DNA from: a virus
Lineage: Duplodnaviria > Caudoviricetes
Virus record (IMG/VR): IMGVR_UViG_2917802685_000001
Location: 1-64,000 of that record
Length of the DNA: 64,000 nt
Reading direction: 5' to 3' (one strand)
The notes beneath the pieces are model-generated. The model ran no database searches and was not told the origin of the DNA. It saw only the letters and a list, made by a program, of their open reading frames with translations. Shown here piece after piece: positions 49,225-58,739 of the stretch (within the stretch, counting starts at the first letter, position 1; each line of letters starts with the position of its first letter). The translations under genes and the position numbers were made by a program.

Positions 49225-50060
49225 CCTTCACCCCCTCCTTCCGCCGGGTCGGCTCCATCGGCAGCGACCTGGTGCTCATCCCGCTCGTCGAGAACGCCGT
49301 CCAGCAGTGCGCCTTCCCCACGGACTTCGTGGTGCGCCTGGGCTCGTACGCCGCCAAGCGCGAGCCGGACGGCTGGTTCCACCCCTCGACCCACCCGACC
49401 ATGGACGAGCGGCAGCTGTACTACTACCTCGCCCAGCCGGACAAGTGGGACGAGCCGGAGTTCGAGTACGGACCCCGGATGTCGGTCCTCATGGGCACCG
49501 TCATGCACGACGTCATGCAGACCGTCATGACCAAGCTCGGCCTGCTCGTCGCCCCGAGGGGCACCTGCGTGTGCTGCGGCAAGCCCCACGGCAAGGGCCG
49601 GGGCAAGTGCGACGAGTGGGGCGTGCGAGACGACCTCCTCGGCCGACGCGGCCACATGGACGGCCTCCTCAACATCCCCGGCTGGTGCGAGCCCGGCGAC
49701 GGCATCTTCGACCTGAAGACCTGCGCCCCACCCGTCATCCGTGGCATCGACAACAACGACCTCGACGCCTTCAAGATCAAGTGGCCCAAGTACTTCGGCC
49801 AGGCCCAGGAGTACATGGCCTGCACCGGCAAGCAGAAGGCGCTCATCCTCTTCCTCGCCATGAGCGAGGGCTGGGTGATGCGCGAGTTCACCATCCCCCG
49901 CGACGACCTGTACATCGCCCGCCTGGAAGCGAAGTACCGCGCCGTCCGCGCCCACGTAGACGCCGGGACCCCGCCTCCCATCGCCTGCTGCCCCGGTGGC
50001 GCCAAGGCCCGCAAGTGCCCCGCCACCCGTTGCACCGTCAAGACCGGGCTCGCCGCCTGA
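49221..50060 (+). CDS. Cas4-like / PD-(D/E)XK exonuclease
   Basis: FHPS, GTVMH, GHMDG, DLKT, QAQEYM; C-terminal Cys cluster. Confidence 0.75.
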   Translation: MTFTPSFRRVGSIGSDLVLIPLVENAVQQCAFPTDFVVRLGSYAAKREPDGWFHPSTHPTMDERQLYYYLAQPDKWDEPEFEYGPRMSVLMGTVMHDVMQTVMTKLGLLVAPRGTCVCCGKPHGKGRGKCDEWGVRDDLLGRRGHMDGLLNIPGWCEPGDGIFDLKTCAPPVIRGIDNNDLDAFKIKWPKYFGQAQEYMACTGKQKALILFLAMSEGWVMREFTIPRDDLYIARLEAKYRAVRAHVDAGTPPPIACCPGGAKARKCPATRCTVKTGLAA

Positions 50061-50093
50061 GCCTCCCACCTCTGACCGCCATCGGAGACCCCT

Positions 50094-50738
50094 GTGAAGA
50101 ACCAGCTCGCCATACCCGCCGTCGAGCGCATTGCCCGCCGCAACGCCTTCCGACCGCCGTCCTTCGAGGACTTCGCCGTCACCACGGTGCAGGCCTTCGA
50201 CCAGTCCCTGAACAACACCGGCGTGGTCATCCTGCGCTCGTACGGCACCGGCATCACCCTCCTGGCCACCGGCATGATCCGCCCCTCCGCCGGGGCCACC
50301 GACCAGGTGAGCTGGGAGGGCAACTACGCCCGCGCCGAGGACATCTACGAGGGCGTCGCCTACCACCGCAAGGGCTACGCCTCCATGGTGGAGAACGTCG
50401 TCTACGAGCGCCCCCCGGTCCACGGCAAGCGGACCGAGTCCATCATCCTGGCCGGACGCGAGGTCCACCGCGCCACCGGCGGCAAGGCCGTCATGGTCGA
50501 CAACCGGCACGCGAAGAAGCTCGTCGTCGGCCGGGCCGGGTCCAGTCAGAACCCCGTCACCAAGGCCCACGTCAAGGAAGCTGTCGAGGCGTACATCACC
50601 CCGCCCGAGGCCAGCGGCAAGCTCATGCCCTGGAACGAGCACGTCCGCGACGCCTGCATGCTCGCCCTCGCATGGCTCCTCGACGAGAAGCAGCGCCAGG
50701 CCCAGGAGGCCGTCGTAGAGCTGGAGGCCGCCGCGTGA
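50094..50738 (+). CDS. RuvC-like Holliday junction resolvase
   Basis: AFDQSLNNTG, VVYE, KAHV, HVRDA. Confidence 0.7.
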   Translation: MKNQLAIPAVERIARRNAFRPPSFEDFAVTTVQAFDQSLNNTGVVILRSYGTGITLLATGMIRPSAGATDQVSWEGNYARAEDIYEGVAYHRKGYASMVENVVYERPPVHGKRTESIILAGREVHRATGGKAVMVDNRHAKKLVVGRAGSSQNPVTKAHVKEAVEAYITPPEASGKLMPWNEHVRDACMLALAWLLDEKQRQAQEAVVELEAAA

Positions 50739-50899
50739 ACTCCGAGATGACAGGCGAGGGAGTCTGGCGCCCGGCCGTTCCGCTGCCCTTCTACAGCGGG
50801 CTGCTGAAGAAGCGCTGCCCCTTCTGCTGGAAGCCCTTCTGGACCGCGAAGCGCTACCGGAAGCACTGCCGCCGTCAGCACGTGGGAGGAGCCGAATGA
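50735..50899 (+). CDS. Small C2H2-like Zn-finger protein
   Basis: CPFC...YRKHCRRQH; overlapping start and stop. Confidence 0.5.
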   Translation: MNSEMTGEGVWRPAVPLPFYSGLLKKRCPFCWKPFWTAKRYRKHCRRQHVGGAE

Positions 50900-51594
50900 G
50901 CGACCTCACCGACATGATCGACAACGATCAAGCGGCCAGGCAGGCCACCCGGGTCGTCGGCGAACTCGCCCGCGAGGCCGACCAGCCGCTCAGTGTCGAC
51001 ATCGACCCCGACCGCACCCGTGAGACGGCCACGGCCGGGTTCTCCCGGATGCGCACCGAGTGGCGACCTGGGGAGGCTGCCGAGGTCGCAGGCGTTATGC
51101 AGCAGGCCCAGGGCATCATCCACCGGGCCTTCCCTGGCGTCTACCTGATCATGAACGAGCTGTGGATGACCGTACGAGAACCGGTCGTGGACGAGGCCTC
51201 CGGCGAGATCCAGACCGACATCTTCGGCTGGCCGCTCTGGAAGAAGCTCCCCTCCGGCGCCTACATCGAGGACTACTCCCGCCTCACCGACCGGGAGAAG
51301 GACGACTTCCTGCTGCGCATCACCACCGGCCTGCTGGAGTGGCACCAGCAAGCGGCCAACCTGTGGGGTGAGTCCATGCTGGCCAAGGGGCGCTGGGAGG
51401 AGGCCATGGGTGTCGGCTTCATCTCGCCGACCGGCCGGGTCACCGTCGAGGAGCGCACGCAGCGCGGTCGGGTGTACGCCGCCGAGGACCGCTACCACGC
51501 GATCTTCCGCTCGGCCGTCAACCGCTCAGCCGAGGCCCTCGTCAGAAGTATGGAGCTGATCGGGCAGCGGCTCAAGGACTCCCTGACGGCCTGA
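50896..51594 (+). CDS. Hypothetical protein
   Basis: 232 aa, GGGAGGAG RBS. Confidence 0.7.
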   Translation: MSDLTDMIDNDQAARQATRVVGELAREADQPLSVDIDPDRTRETATAGFSRMRTEWRPGEAAEVAGVMQQAQGIIHRAFPGVYLIMNELWMTVREPVVDEASGEIQTDIFGWPLWKKLPSGAYIEDYSRLTDREKDDFLLRITTGLLEWHQQAANLWGESMLAKGRWEEAMGVGFISPTGRVTVEERTQRGRVYAAEDRYHAIFRSAVNRSAEALVRSMELIGQRLKDSLTA

Positions 51595-51743
51595 GTCCTG
51601 TCTGTGGTCCAACTTCGATCGACGAAAAGTTGGAGTTGCGGGCGGGGGCCTGCTTATGCTGACACAGAATTCCAGATGTGCTGCCGCCACATGCACATCC
51701 GGGAAGGCGCGACCGCCACGCGTCAGTAAAGGAACCCGCCTGC

Positions 51744-52136
51744 ATGACCATTGACGTGCGCGTGCTCCGGGAACTGTTCCGGCATCTCCAGGCGTGGAAC
51801 ACCCTCTATGAAACGGAGGGTATGGACACGATAACTGGCCCGGACGGTACCGAGTACTGCATCCACGACATCGTCCACCTCTACAAGAACGCCGTCGAAA
51901 GACGCGGCGAAAACGGAAAGCACCTGCTTTCCCCCCGCCAGCGCGAAGCAATTCAGCTGTTCCTCATCGAGAACCGGCCCGAGCGGGAAGTCGCCCGCCT
52001 CATGGGCGTCTCCGAGGACAACCCCGTCGCCTCCTACGCCACCCAGGGCCTCGTCCGCCTCAACGAGCTGATCAAGGCAGGCGTCATCCCCGGCAACGGC
52101 AGCGCCGACGAGGGGCTGGAGGTCGCGGCAGCATGA
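51744..52136 (+). CDS. Sigma-70 region-4-like HTH protein
   Basis: LSPRQREAIQLFLIENRPEREVARLMGVS; no region 2 recognised. Confidence 0.7.
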   Translation: MTIDVRVLRELFRHLQAWNTLYETEGMDTITGPDGTEYCIHDIVHLYKNAVERRGENGKHLLSPRQREAIQLFLIENRPEREVARLMGVSEDNPVASYATQGLVRLNELIKAGVIPGNGSADEGLEVAAA

Positions 52137-52426
52137 GCGACCGCATCCGCAACGGCATCGACGCCGACCTCGAAGCCCAGGCCGACGCGATCTTGCGCCA
52201 GTCCTTCCTCGACAACCCCGATCCCGAGGAAAAGGCCAAGATCCTCACGCCCTACATGCTGCAGAACCGGCTCAAGCGCGAGGTCTTCGTGCCCGGCGGC
52301 ACCCCCGACGGAGCCGTCCGCAAGGGCAGCTTCCACCGGGCCATCAACCGCCAGCACCCCCACCTCAACGCAGCAGAGGGCGTCGCCCGGCCGCAGCACC
52401 GAGTCCCGCTGAAGGCCGAAGAGTGA
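52133..52426 (+). CDS. Hypothetical protein
   Basis: 97 aa, ATGA overlap. Confidence 0.6.
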   Translation: MSDRIRNGIDADLEAQADAILRQSFLDNPDPEEKAKILTPYMLQNRLKREVFVPGGTPDGAVRKGSFHRAINRQHPHLNAAEGVARPQHRVPLKAEE

Positions 52427-53070
52427 GCGACAACCTGCCCGAGGTCCTCGACCCTGACGCCTCCGGCCCGGTCAGCATGGTCATGGTGCGCGTCGGCAAC
52501 CGGACCGTGCCCGCCAAGACCGGCTCCCGCTGCCGCGTCTGCCAGTCCCCCCACCGCGCCCAGATCGAGGCATGGATCCTGGAGGGCTACACCCGGCCCA
52601 CCATCCTCGCCTGGCTCAAGGACATGGAGGAAGGCCCCCTCGGCCACCCCACCGAGAAGGCCCTGCGCAGCCACACCGACCGCCACCTCCCGCTCGGCGC
52701 CCGCGCCGAGGCCGCCATCCTGGAGCGCCGGACCGAAGCGCTCGGCGAGGAGATAGAAAAATTTGGCGGCCGTGTCGCAGACCATCTCACCGCCCTGGAT
52801 ATGGTCGTTCTGAAGGGCTTCCAGGCCCTCCAGGAAGGCAACATCAAGCTCGGCGCCTCCGACCTCATGAAGGCCATCGACCTCAAGCAGAAGATCGACG
52901 CTTCTGTCGAGGGCGGGCTGGACGACAAGAAGTGGCGCGGAATCCTCATGGAGTACATGAAGATAGCCGTCGAGTTCATCCCGCCAGAGAACCGACAGGC
53001 TTTCGCAAGAGCCCTCAGCCAAAGCCCAGTACTCACCGCGCTGTCACAAAGCAATCAGCAACAAATGTAA
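52423..53070 (+). CDS. Zn-ribbon/HTH protein (possible small terminase or regulator)
   Basis: CRVC...H..RH followed by a helical domain. Confidence 0.5.
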   Translation: MSDNLPEVLDPDASGPVSMVMVRVGNRTVPAKTGSRCRVCQSPHRAQIEAWILEGYTRPTILAWLKDMEEGPLGHPTEKALRSHTDRHLPLGARAEAAILERRTEALGEEIEKFGGRVADHLTALDMVVLKGFQALQEGNIKLGASDLMKAIDLKQKIDASVEGGLDDKKWRGILMEYMKIAVEFIPPENRQAFARALSQSPVLTALSQSNQQQM

Positions 53071-53133
53071 AAAACTCCGGTCCGCCACCCGGAAACCACC
53101 ACCACTCCTTCCGCCAGAGGAGAACAGCCCGTC

Positions 53134-54126
53134 ATGCACCTCCGCGAGCCCTCAACCACCACACTCGCCGACCTCGACCGCGCCTGGAAGAACCGCGACC
53201 GCGAGTGGACCTCCGACGCCTGCGTCCCCTCCGTCGACTTCCCCCAGGCCCCCGGCGTCGAGCCGACCATCCTCCTCGGCGACCACGAGATCACCCTGGA
53301 CGAGAAGGCCATCGAGCTGCTGTGCGCCTTCTACCAGGTCCCCACCGCGTACTTCCGGCGCATCACCGCCGAAGAGCGGCACTACGTGATGAACATGCGG
53401 ATGACCCACGCCCTGGGCGAGGTGACGATCACCTACAACGACCGAGGCCTCACCGACGTCCGCAAGCCGACCAAGCCCCGCCTGGAGGCCGAGGAGTTCG
53501 TCCGCATCGCCCACCGGCTCTACCCGGCCTCCTCCACCGTGCTGGACGCCTGGGTCACCGCCGACGAGCTGCGCCTGGACGTCCTGGGCCGCCACGCCGA
53601 GGACGGCGTCTGGGGAGGACTGCGCTTCGGCCAGAACCGTAAGCAGAACCTCGCCCCCACCGTGACCCCCATCCTCTTCCACGAGGACACCACCACGGTG
53701 ATCGAGATCCCCGACCCCTCCCTGAAGATCGACGCACGCGGCGTCTCCATCGACAAGATCGGCGAACGTCTCGCCGCCGAGGCCCTGCGCGCCGACGCCC
53801 GCCTGTACAAGGACGCCGAGCACCTGCTGGGCCTGGTCAACAGCTCCATCGCCGGGGACCGCATCATCCGCCTGCACCGCATCGCTGCCGAGCACAAGAT
53901 GCCCGTCCGGCCGCTCGCCGACATCACCGTCGCGCTCTCCCGCAACGACCAGCCGACCCTGCTCGACATGGTGCTGGCCATCGCCAACACGGCCAACGCC
54001 CCCAAGATCCTGCAGGACCCCGACAAGCGGAAGCTGCGCACCACCCTCCAGGCCATCGCCGGAGCCGTCGTGGTCGACGAAGCCGAACGCTGCATCTCCT
54101 GCCACGCCCTCGTCGCCGCCGCCTGA
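53134..54126 (+). CDS. Hypothetical protein
   Basis: 330 aa, RBS AGGAG; C-terminal CxxC. Confidence 0.7.
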   Translation: MHLREPSTTTLADLDRAWKNRDREWTSDACVPSVDFPQAPGVEPTILLGDHEITLDEKAIELLCAFYQVPTAYFRRITAEERHYVMNMRMTHALGEVTITYNDRGLTDVRKPTKPRLEAEEFVRIAHRLYPASSTVLDAWVTADELRLDVLGRHAEDGVWGGLRFGQNRKQNLAPTVTPILFHEDTTTVIEIPDPSLKIDARGVSIDKIGERLAAEALRADARLYKDAEHLLGLVNSSIAGDRIIRLHRIAAEHKMPVRPLADITVALSRNDQPTLLDMVLAIANTANAPKILQDPDKRKLRTTLQAIAGAVVVDEAERCISCHALVAAA

Positions 54127-54231
54127 CCGCCACCAGGAGACAACCGTGAACATGAACGACAACGCCAGAAGGGCGATCGTCACCGTCGCGTGGCTCGCCT
54201 TCGTCGCCTTCATCTTCTGGCTGGACGCCCG

Positions 54232-54786
54232 ATGACCGAGAACCTGCGCCAGCGAGACGGCGACCAGCCGCTGCCCACCGAGGGCCAGGAGAACGTCCAG
54301 GACGCCCTGATCGAGCGCATCAAGGAGCGCCGCGCGCTGGGCATCCAGCGCTACGGCCGCCCGCTGCAGACCTTCAACGGCCGCAACGCCGTACGCGATG
54401 CCCTCGAAGAGGCCCTCGACCTCTCCACCTACCTCATGCAGGTCGAGATGGAGCAGAAGGCCGTACAGGCACGGATCAGGCATGCACTGACGCTGCACGT
54501 CTCCGGCCTCAGCGGACTGTGCCTCACCTGCAAGTCGGCGGCCCCCTGTGCCACCCGAGAGGCCCTCACCAGCTCGCGGCCCGCACTCAAGGTCACCATC
54601 ATCGAGCCTTCCGAGGAACTCGTCTGCTCGCCGGACGCCGTGGAGGAGATCCGGCGCCAGTTCGGCGTCACCGAGGAACAGACCGGCCTGACCGGCATAG
54701 GCAGCCTGATGGGCTTCCCCGTCTTCGTGGATGACGAACTTCCGCCAGGCACTGTCCGCCTGCAGCCCAGCACCCCCAAGAAGTAA
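54232..54786 (+). CDS. All-alpha NTP pyrophosphohydrolase-like protein
   Basis: RRALGIQRYGRPL...DALEEALDLSTYL. Confidence 0.5.
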   Translation: MTENLRQRDGDQPLPTEGQENVQDALIERIKERRALGIQRYGRPLQTFNGRNAVRDALEEALDLSTYLMQVEMEQKAVQARIRHALTLHVSGLSGLCLTCKSAAPCATREALTSSRPALKVTIIEPSEELVCSPDAVEEIRRQFGVTEEQTGLTGIGSLMGFPVFVDDELPPGTVRLQPSTPKK

Positions 54787-54817
54787 CCACCCCCTCTCCT
54801 TCCGCCAGAGGAGCACC

Positions 54818-55297
54818 ATGACCGCCAGCAACCCGTCCGGCCTGATCCTGCCGCCGGGCGTCCAGTCCTCCAGCCCGTTCGGGCCCGCCGCCGACCGCTT
54901 CGACAAGGAGTACGGCGGCGTCCACCAGCGCAGCGAGCTGGCCCAGGGCGACATCCTCGACAGCGAGATCCTTGCGCTGGAGGCGATCTTCAAGGACATG
55001 CAGGACCGCTACGGCGTCCGCTCCTTCAACGTCACGGAGTTCGAGCGCGAGGCCAAGGACCGCTGCCACGACCAGCTCGGCCTCGCCATCGACATCCGCT
55101 GGAAGGCCCTCGCCGACGGCACCGGCCGCATCATCGAGGGCGCCGCCAGCCCCGAGATCGAGATCGTCGGCCGCGTCCAGAAGAAGGCGTTCGACCACGA
55201 CCACAAGGTCCACGAGGTCACCCGCGACATCCTCGACCTCGGCACCCAGGGCGTCATCGCCTCCGAGGAGCCCGCGCGCGGAGGACACCCCCACTGA
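54818..55297 (+). CDS. Hypothetical protein
   Basis: ATG at 54818 after AGGAG. Confidence 0.65.
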   Translation: MTASNPSGLILPPGVQSSSPFGPAADRFDKEYGGVHQRSELAQGDILDSEILALEAIFKDMQDRYGVRSFNVTEFEREAKDRCHDQLGLAIDIRWKALADGTGRIIEGAASPEIEIVGRVQKKAFDHDHKVHEVTRDILDLGTQGVIASEEPARGGHPH

Positions 55298-55434
55298 TGA
55301 GCTACCTCCGCGCCTTCCTGGTCAGGCGGCTCAGACTGCCCTATCTCCACGACGACATGCCGGACTGGCACGTGGAGTACAGCACCGCCCAGCTGTGGCG
55401 CTGGTATGAGCAGGTGCGCGAGGTGCGCCGATGA
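55297..55434 (+). CDS. 45-aa hypothetical protein (not in ORF track)
   Basis: TGATG and ATGA couplings at both ends; MSYLRAFLVRRLRLPYLH... Confidence 0.4.
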   Translation: MSYLRAFLVRRLRLPYLHDDMPDWHVEYSTAQLWRWYEQVREVRR

Positions 55435-55700
55435 GGGACAGCCGCCTGCACGACTGGGACGACGACAGCGTCACCGTGGCGATCATCCCCCAGGCATGCG
55501 GGAACTGCGGTGAGCGCACCGACCGCGTCCGCATGTCCCTGGAGGTCCTCGCCTCCGGCAGCAGCGGCTTCGTCGGCATCCACACCGTCGCCGAGACGCC
55601 CTGCTGCGGCGGCAAGCGCAACTCCGCCTACCCATCCGAGTACCTGGCCCGGCTTCTGGACCACCTCAAGGTCTGCCCGAACCACCACCGGAAACCGTAA
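55431..55700 (+). CDS. Zn-finger hypothetical protein
   Basis: CGNC...CC...HLKVC. Confidence 0.5.
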   Translation: MRDSRLHDWDDDSVTVAIIPQACGNCGERTDRVRMSLEVLASGSSGFVGIHTVAETPCCGGKRNSAYPSEYLARLLDHLKVCPNHHRKP

Positions 55701-55739
55701 ATCCATTTTTCCATTGAACCGTTGAAGGAGAACACCGCC

Positions 55740-56213
55740 ATGTCCCGCAACCGCGAAATCAACCTGGGCCCCGTCGCCCTCGTCGTCGGCGCCATCGTCG
55801 CCCTCGCCCTCGTCGTCGGCGTGTTCATGGGCGCCATCGCAGGCTTCAAGGCGTTCGGCCGCTACCAGGCCGTCACCGACGCGAAGAACGCGGCCACGGT
55901 CGCCCGGATCAAGGCCAACAACGACGTCTCCGTCACCGGCATCCAGATCAAGAACCAACAGCAGCGCGTCCAGGTCGCCAAGCAGCAGGCCCAGATCCGG
56001 TTCGAGAACGCCAAGGGCATCCGCGAGTCCCAGGACGAGATCGCCAAGACCCTGACACCGCTGTACGTGCAGTTCGAGATGACCGAGGCCCTGAAGGAGA
56101 TCGCCAAGAGCGGCAAGAACTCCTCGGTGGTGTACATCCCCTCCGGCGCCAACGGCGTGCCGCTGGTCTCTGGCGTCAACGGCCAGCCGTCGGTCACCAG
56201 CCCGGCGAAGTAG
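55740..56213 (+). CDS. Membrane-anchored coiled-coil protein (SPFH C-terminal-like)
   Basis: N-terminal TM helix; IAKTLTPLYVQF...VVYIP. Confidence 0.6.
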   Translation: MSRNREINLGPVALVVGAIVALALVVGVFMGAIAGFKAFGRYQAVTDAKNAATVARIKANNDVSVTGIQIKNQQQRVQVAKQQAQIRFENAKGIRESQDEIAKTLTPLYVQFEMTEALKEIAKSGKNSSVVYIPSGANGVPLVSGVNGQPSVTSPAK

Positions 56214-56220
56214 CGGTCGC

Positions 56221-56269
56221 TGTCCCACCGGCGCCCTCCCGCCCCAGAAGGGGTGAGGAGGGCGCCGCC
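56221..56269 (+). promoter_or_regulatory. Late-gene motif with 11-bp RBS-occluding inverted repeat
   Basis: TGTCC at 56221, AAGGGGTGA at 56248; CGGCGCCCTCC 56229-56239 / GGAGGGCGCCG 56257-56267. Confidence 0.65.
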
Positions 56270-58471
56270 ATGATCAGCAAGAACAACGAGGACACCTCGC
56301 CCCTGGCGAACTTTGATCCCACGGAGATTCACCAGCTGTTCCTGGGATTGGAGGTGCCCGATCCGATTACGTTCGTGGTCTCGCCGAGGTATCTGAACCG
56401 GCCAAACCTCTACCCGCGCCAGGCCACCCTCATGAAGGTGTTCTTCCTGCGCGAGGACCTCTTCACCGACTACGACTACCGGGTCGTCGCCGAGTGGGAC
56501 GAGTCCTACCGCACCGCCAAGTCCTCCAACGAACAGCGGGCCGCGCGCGCCGCTGAACTCGCCGAGACCAGCCCCGAAGCCGCCCTCGAAGCCGAGGTCG
56601 ACGGCATCATGACCGAGGCCCTCGACGCCATCGCCGCCCAGGCCCTGCTGGAGGGCAACGAGGACGCCCCCAAGATGCCCCTGTCCGGCTCCCCGGACCT
56701 CCTGGGCCGCATGCGCGCCTGCAAGGCTCTCGGCTACAGCTGGTTCAAAGAGATCCTCCTGGTCATGGGCCGCCGCGCAGGCAAGGGCCACATCAGCGCC
56801 CTGGCCATGGCCTACGTCCTGTGGTGCTACATGGCCAAGGGCGACCCCCAGGAGTTCTACGGCGTCGACCGCGACAAGAAGCTCGCCGTGCTGATCTTCG
56901 CCGGTAAGCGCGACCAGGCCAAACAGAACCTGTGGCGCGACCTCGTCAACGTCGTCACCGGCGGCCCGTGTTTCGCCCCCTACATCGCCGACAGCCTCGG
57001 CGAGAAGCTCTCCGTCTACGCGCCGAACGACTTCGTCCGCATGGAAGACATGCGCAAGCGCGGCATCAAGACCGCCATGGACATGGCCACCTTCCACATC
57101 CTGCCCAAGGAATCCACCGTCATGGCGGGCCGTGGCCCGGCCTCCATGATCCTCGGCTTCGACGAGATGGCCCACGTCGTCAACAGCGGCGCCAACCGCT
57201 CCGCCGGAGAGGTCTACGACGCCTCCACCCCCTCCCTCGACCAGTTCGGCAGAGACGGCTTCATCGTCGAGCCCAGCTCGCCGTGGGAGATGAGCGGCAA
57301 GTTCTACGACAACTGGCTGCGCGCCACCAGCTACGAGGACGACGGCACCCCCACCTACGCGAACGTCATGATGATCCAGCTCCCCAGCTGGGACGTCTAC
57401 CTCGACTGGCAGATCGCCCACGAACTGCCCCTCTTCCCCGAGGGCTTCACCGGCGACAACGGCGAGTACGCCGACTGCGACCCGCCCGGCTTCAAGCCCC
57501 TCAAGGGCGCCATCCAGAACTTCGACGAAGAGATGCGCAAGCTGGAGAAGGCCGACCCCGACACCTTCGCCGTCGAGCGCCGCGCCCAGTGGGCCACCGT
57601 CCTGGACGCCTACCTCAATCCGGACAAGGTCGAATCCGTCTTCGGCCCCTGGCACGAGCGCCCCGTCGAATACGGCAGCCCGCTCATCCTGCCCACCACC
57701 CAGGGCATCCTCGCCTACACCTACAAGGGCCACGCCGACCCCAGCTCCGTCAACTGCCGCTTCGGCGTCGCCCTCGCCCACACAGAGATCGACGCCGAGG
57801 GCCGCCCCCACGTCGTCTTCGACAAGATCCACTACTTCGATCCGGCCGACTTCCCGAACCACACCATCGACTACGAGGAAGTCGAGGACTGGATCTGGCA
57901 CGACATGATCGTCCCCTTCAGCCCCGACGACTTCACCTTCGACCAGTACCAGTCGGTCGGATCCATCCAGTCACTCGTCAAGCGGACCGCCAAGACGCGC
58001 CTGCCCAAGAAGGTCAACATCTGGGAGCGCACCGCCACCAACCAGATCAACTGGCGCTACGCCGAGACCTTCAAGGCCGCGATCAACATGGGCCTGGTCC
58101 ACGCGCCCGAGCACGAAGAGGGCATGCTGGAGCTGAAGTTCCTCCAGAAGAAGCCCGGCATCAACCGCGTCGATCACCCCACCATCGGTCCCGTCCAGAC
58201 CAAGGACATCGCCGATGCGATCATGATCACAACGTTCGCGCTCATCGGTGACTGGATCGAGGGCTACAAGGAGATGCTCAACGGCGCCAGGCCCGCTGGC
58301 GCCATGGTGGGTGGCCTGCACGGATCCAGCGCCCGCACCCCCGACATGGCCATGCCTGACCAGGACACACAGGCCCGCCTGAACGCCCTGCGCAGCTTCA
58401 CCCGCACCCGTACAGGACGCCAGGGCTGGGATCAAGGCCTCGGCCGCACAAGGTCCGGATATCGCCGCTGA
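56270..58471 (+). CDS. terL: Terminase large subunit
   Basis: YPRQ, MGRRAGKG (Walker A), ILGFDEMAH (Walker B), SSP; nuclease HADPS, TFDQY, KDIADA. Confidence 0.85.
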   Translation: MISKNNEDTSPLANFDPTEIHQLFLGLEVPDPITFVVSPRYLNRPNLYPRQATLMKVFFLREDLFTDYDYRVVAEWDESYRTAKSSNEQRAARAAELAETSPEAALEAEVDGIMTEALDAIAAQALLEGNEDAPKMPLSGSPDLLGRMRACKALGYSWFKEILLVMGRRAGKGHISALAMAYVLWCYMAKGDPQEFYGVDRDKKLAVLIFAGKRDQAKQNLWRDLVNVVTGGPCFAPYIADSLGEKLSVYAPNDFVRMEDMRKRGIKTAMDMATFHILPKESTVMAGRGPASMILGFDEMAHVVNSGANRSAGEVYDASTPSLDQFGRDGFIVEPSSPWEMSGKFYDNWLRATSYEDDGTPTYANVMMIQLPSWDVYLDWQIAHELPLFPEGFTGDNGEYADCDPPGFKPLKGAIQNFDEEMRKLEKADPDTFAVERRAQWATVLDAYLNPDKVESVFGPWHERPVEYGSPLILPTTQGILAYTYKGHADPSSVNCRFGVALAHTEIDAEGRPHVVFDKIHYFDPADFPNHTIDYEEVEDWIWHDMIVPFSPDDFTFDQYQSVGSIQSLVKRTAKTRLPKKVNIWERTATNQINWRYAETFKAAINMGLVHAPEHEEGMLELKFLQKKPGINRVDHPTIGPVQTKDIADAIMITTFALIGDWIEGYKEMLNGARPAGAMVGGLHGSSARTPDMAMPDQDTQARLNALRSFTRTRTGRQGWDQGLGRTRSGYRR

Positions 58472-58522
58472 CCTGGAATGGCTGCCTTGCCCACGAGGAA
58501 AACTCCGTGGCACGATGGCGTC

Positions 58523-58691
58523 GTCTCGTGAATGGGTTGCAGCCAGGGGTCCTTTCGGCCCGGGAACAACTGCAGCTGGCAGGCGTGCCTCAACGTGCCA
58601 CCCGGCGCCAGACCGATCAGGTCGGCCGGATGGCGCCGGGGTGTGGTGGAGTCTGGCGGGACTGACCACTACTTAAAACGTCTCACGAGAC
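58523..58691 (+). ncRNA. Candidate ~170-nt multi-stem structured RNA (strand not proven)
   Basis: TTGCCC-N18-CACGAT promoter-like site at 58487-58516; closing stem GTCTCGTGA/TCACGAGAC; four internal helices; downstream hairpin. Confidence 0.55.
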
Positions 58692-58698
58692 ACGAGAT

Positions 58699-58730
58699 GC
58701 CCCCCGGACAGGTACCGCCGGGGGGCTCTC
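58699..58730 (+). terminator. Hairpin after the candidate ncRNA
   Basis: GCCCCCCGG 58699-58707 / CCGGGGGGC 58718-58726. Confidence 0.55.
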
Positions 58731-58739
58731 CCATTCCCA

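Noticed and set aside
49221-50060. Cas4-like gene as part of a CRISPR-Cas system
   Set aside because: No array or other cas genes; phage recombination context
45388-56270. Other CCGCCA hits abutting ATG (near 45389, 45873, 55735, 56265)
   Set aside because: Stems of 3 bp or fewer; may be chance, so not counted in the regulon
41615-58471. Inteins in DnaE, RecA or TerL
   Set aside because: No C/S...HN splice motifs or LAGLIDADG blocks seen, and lengths need no intein
58523-58691. tRNA, tmRNA or HDV-like ribozyme
   Set aside because: No T-loop/anticodon cloverleaf or convincing nested pseudoknot by eye; kept as an unclassified RNA
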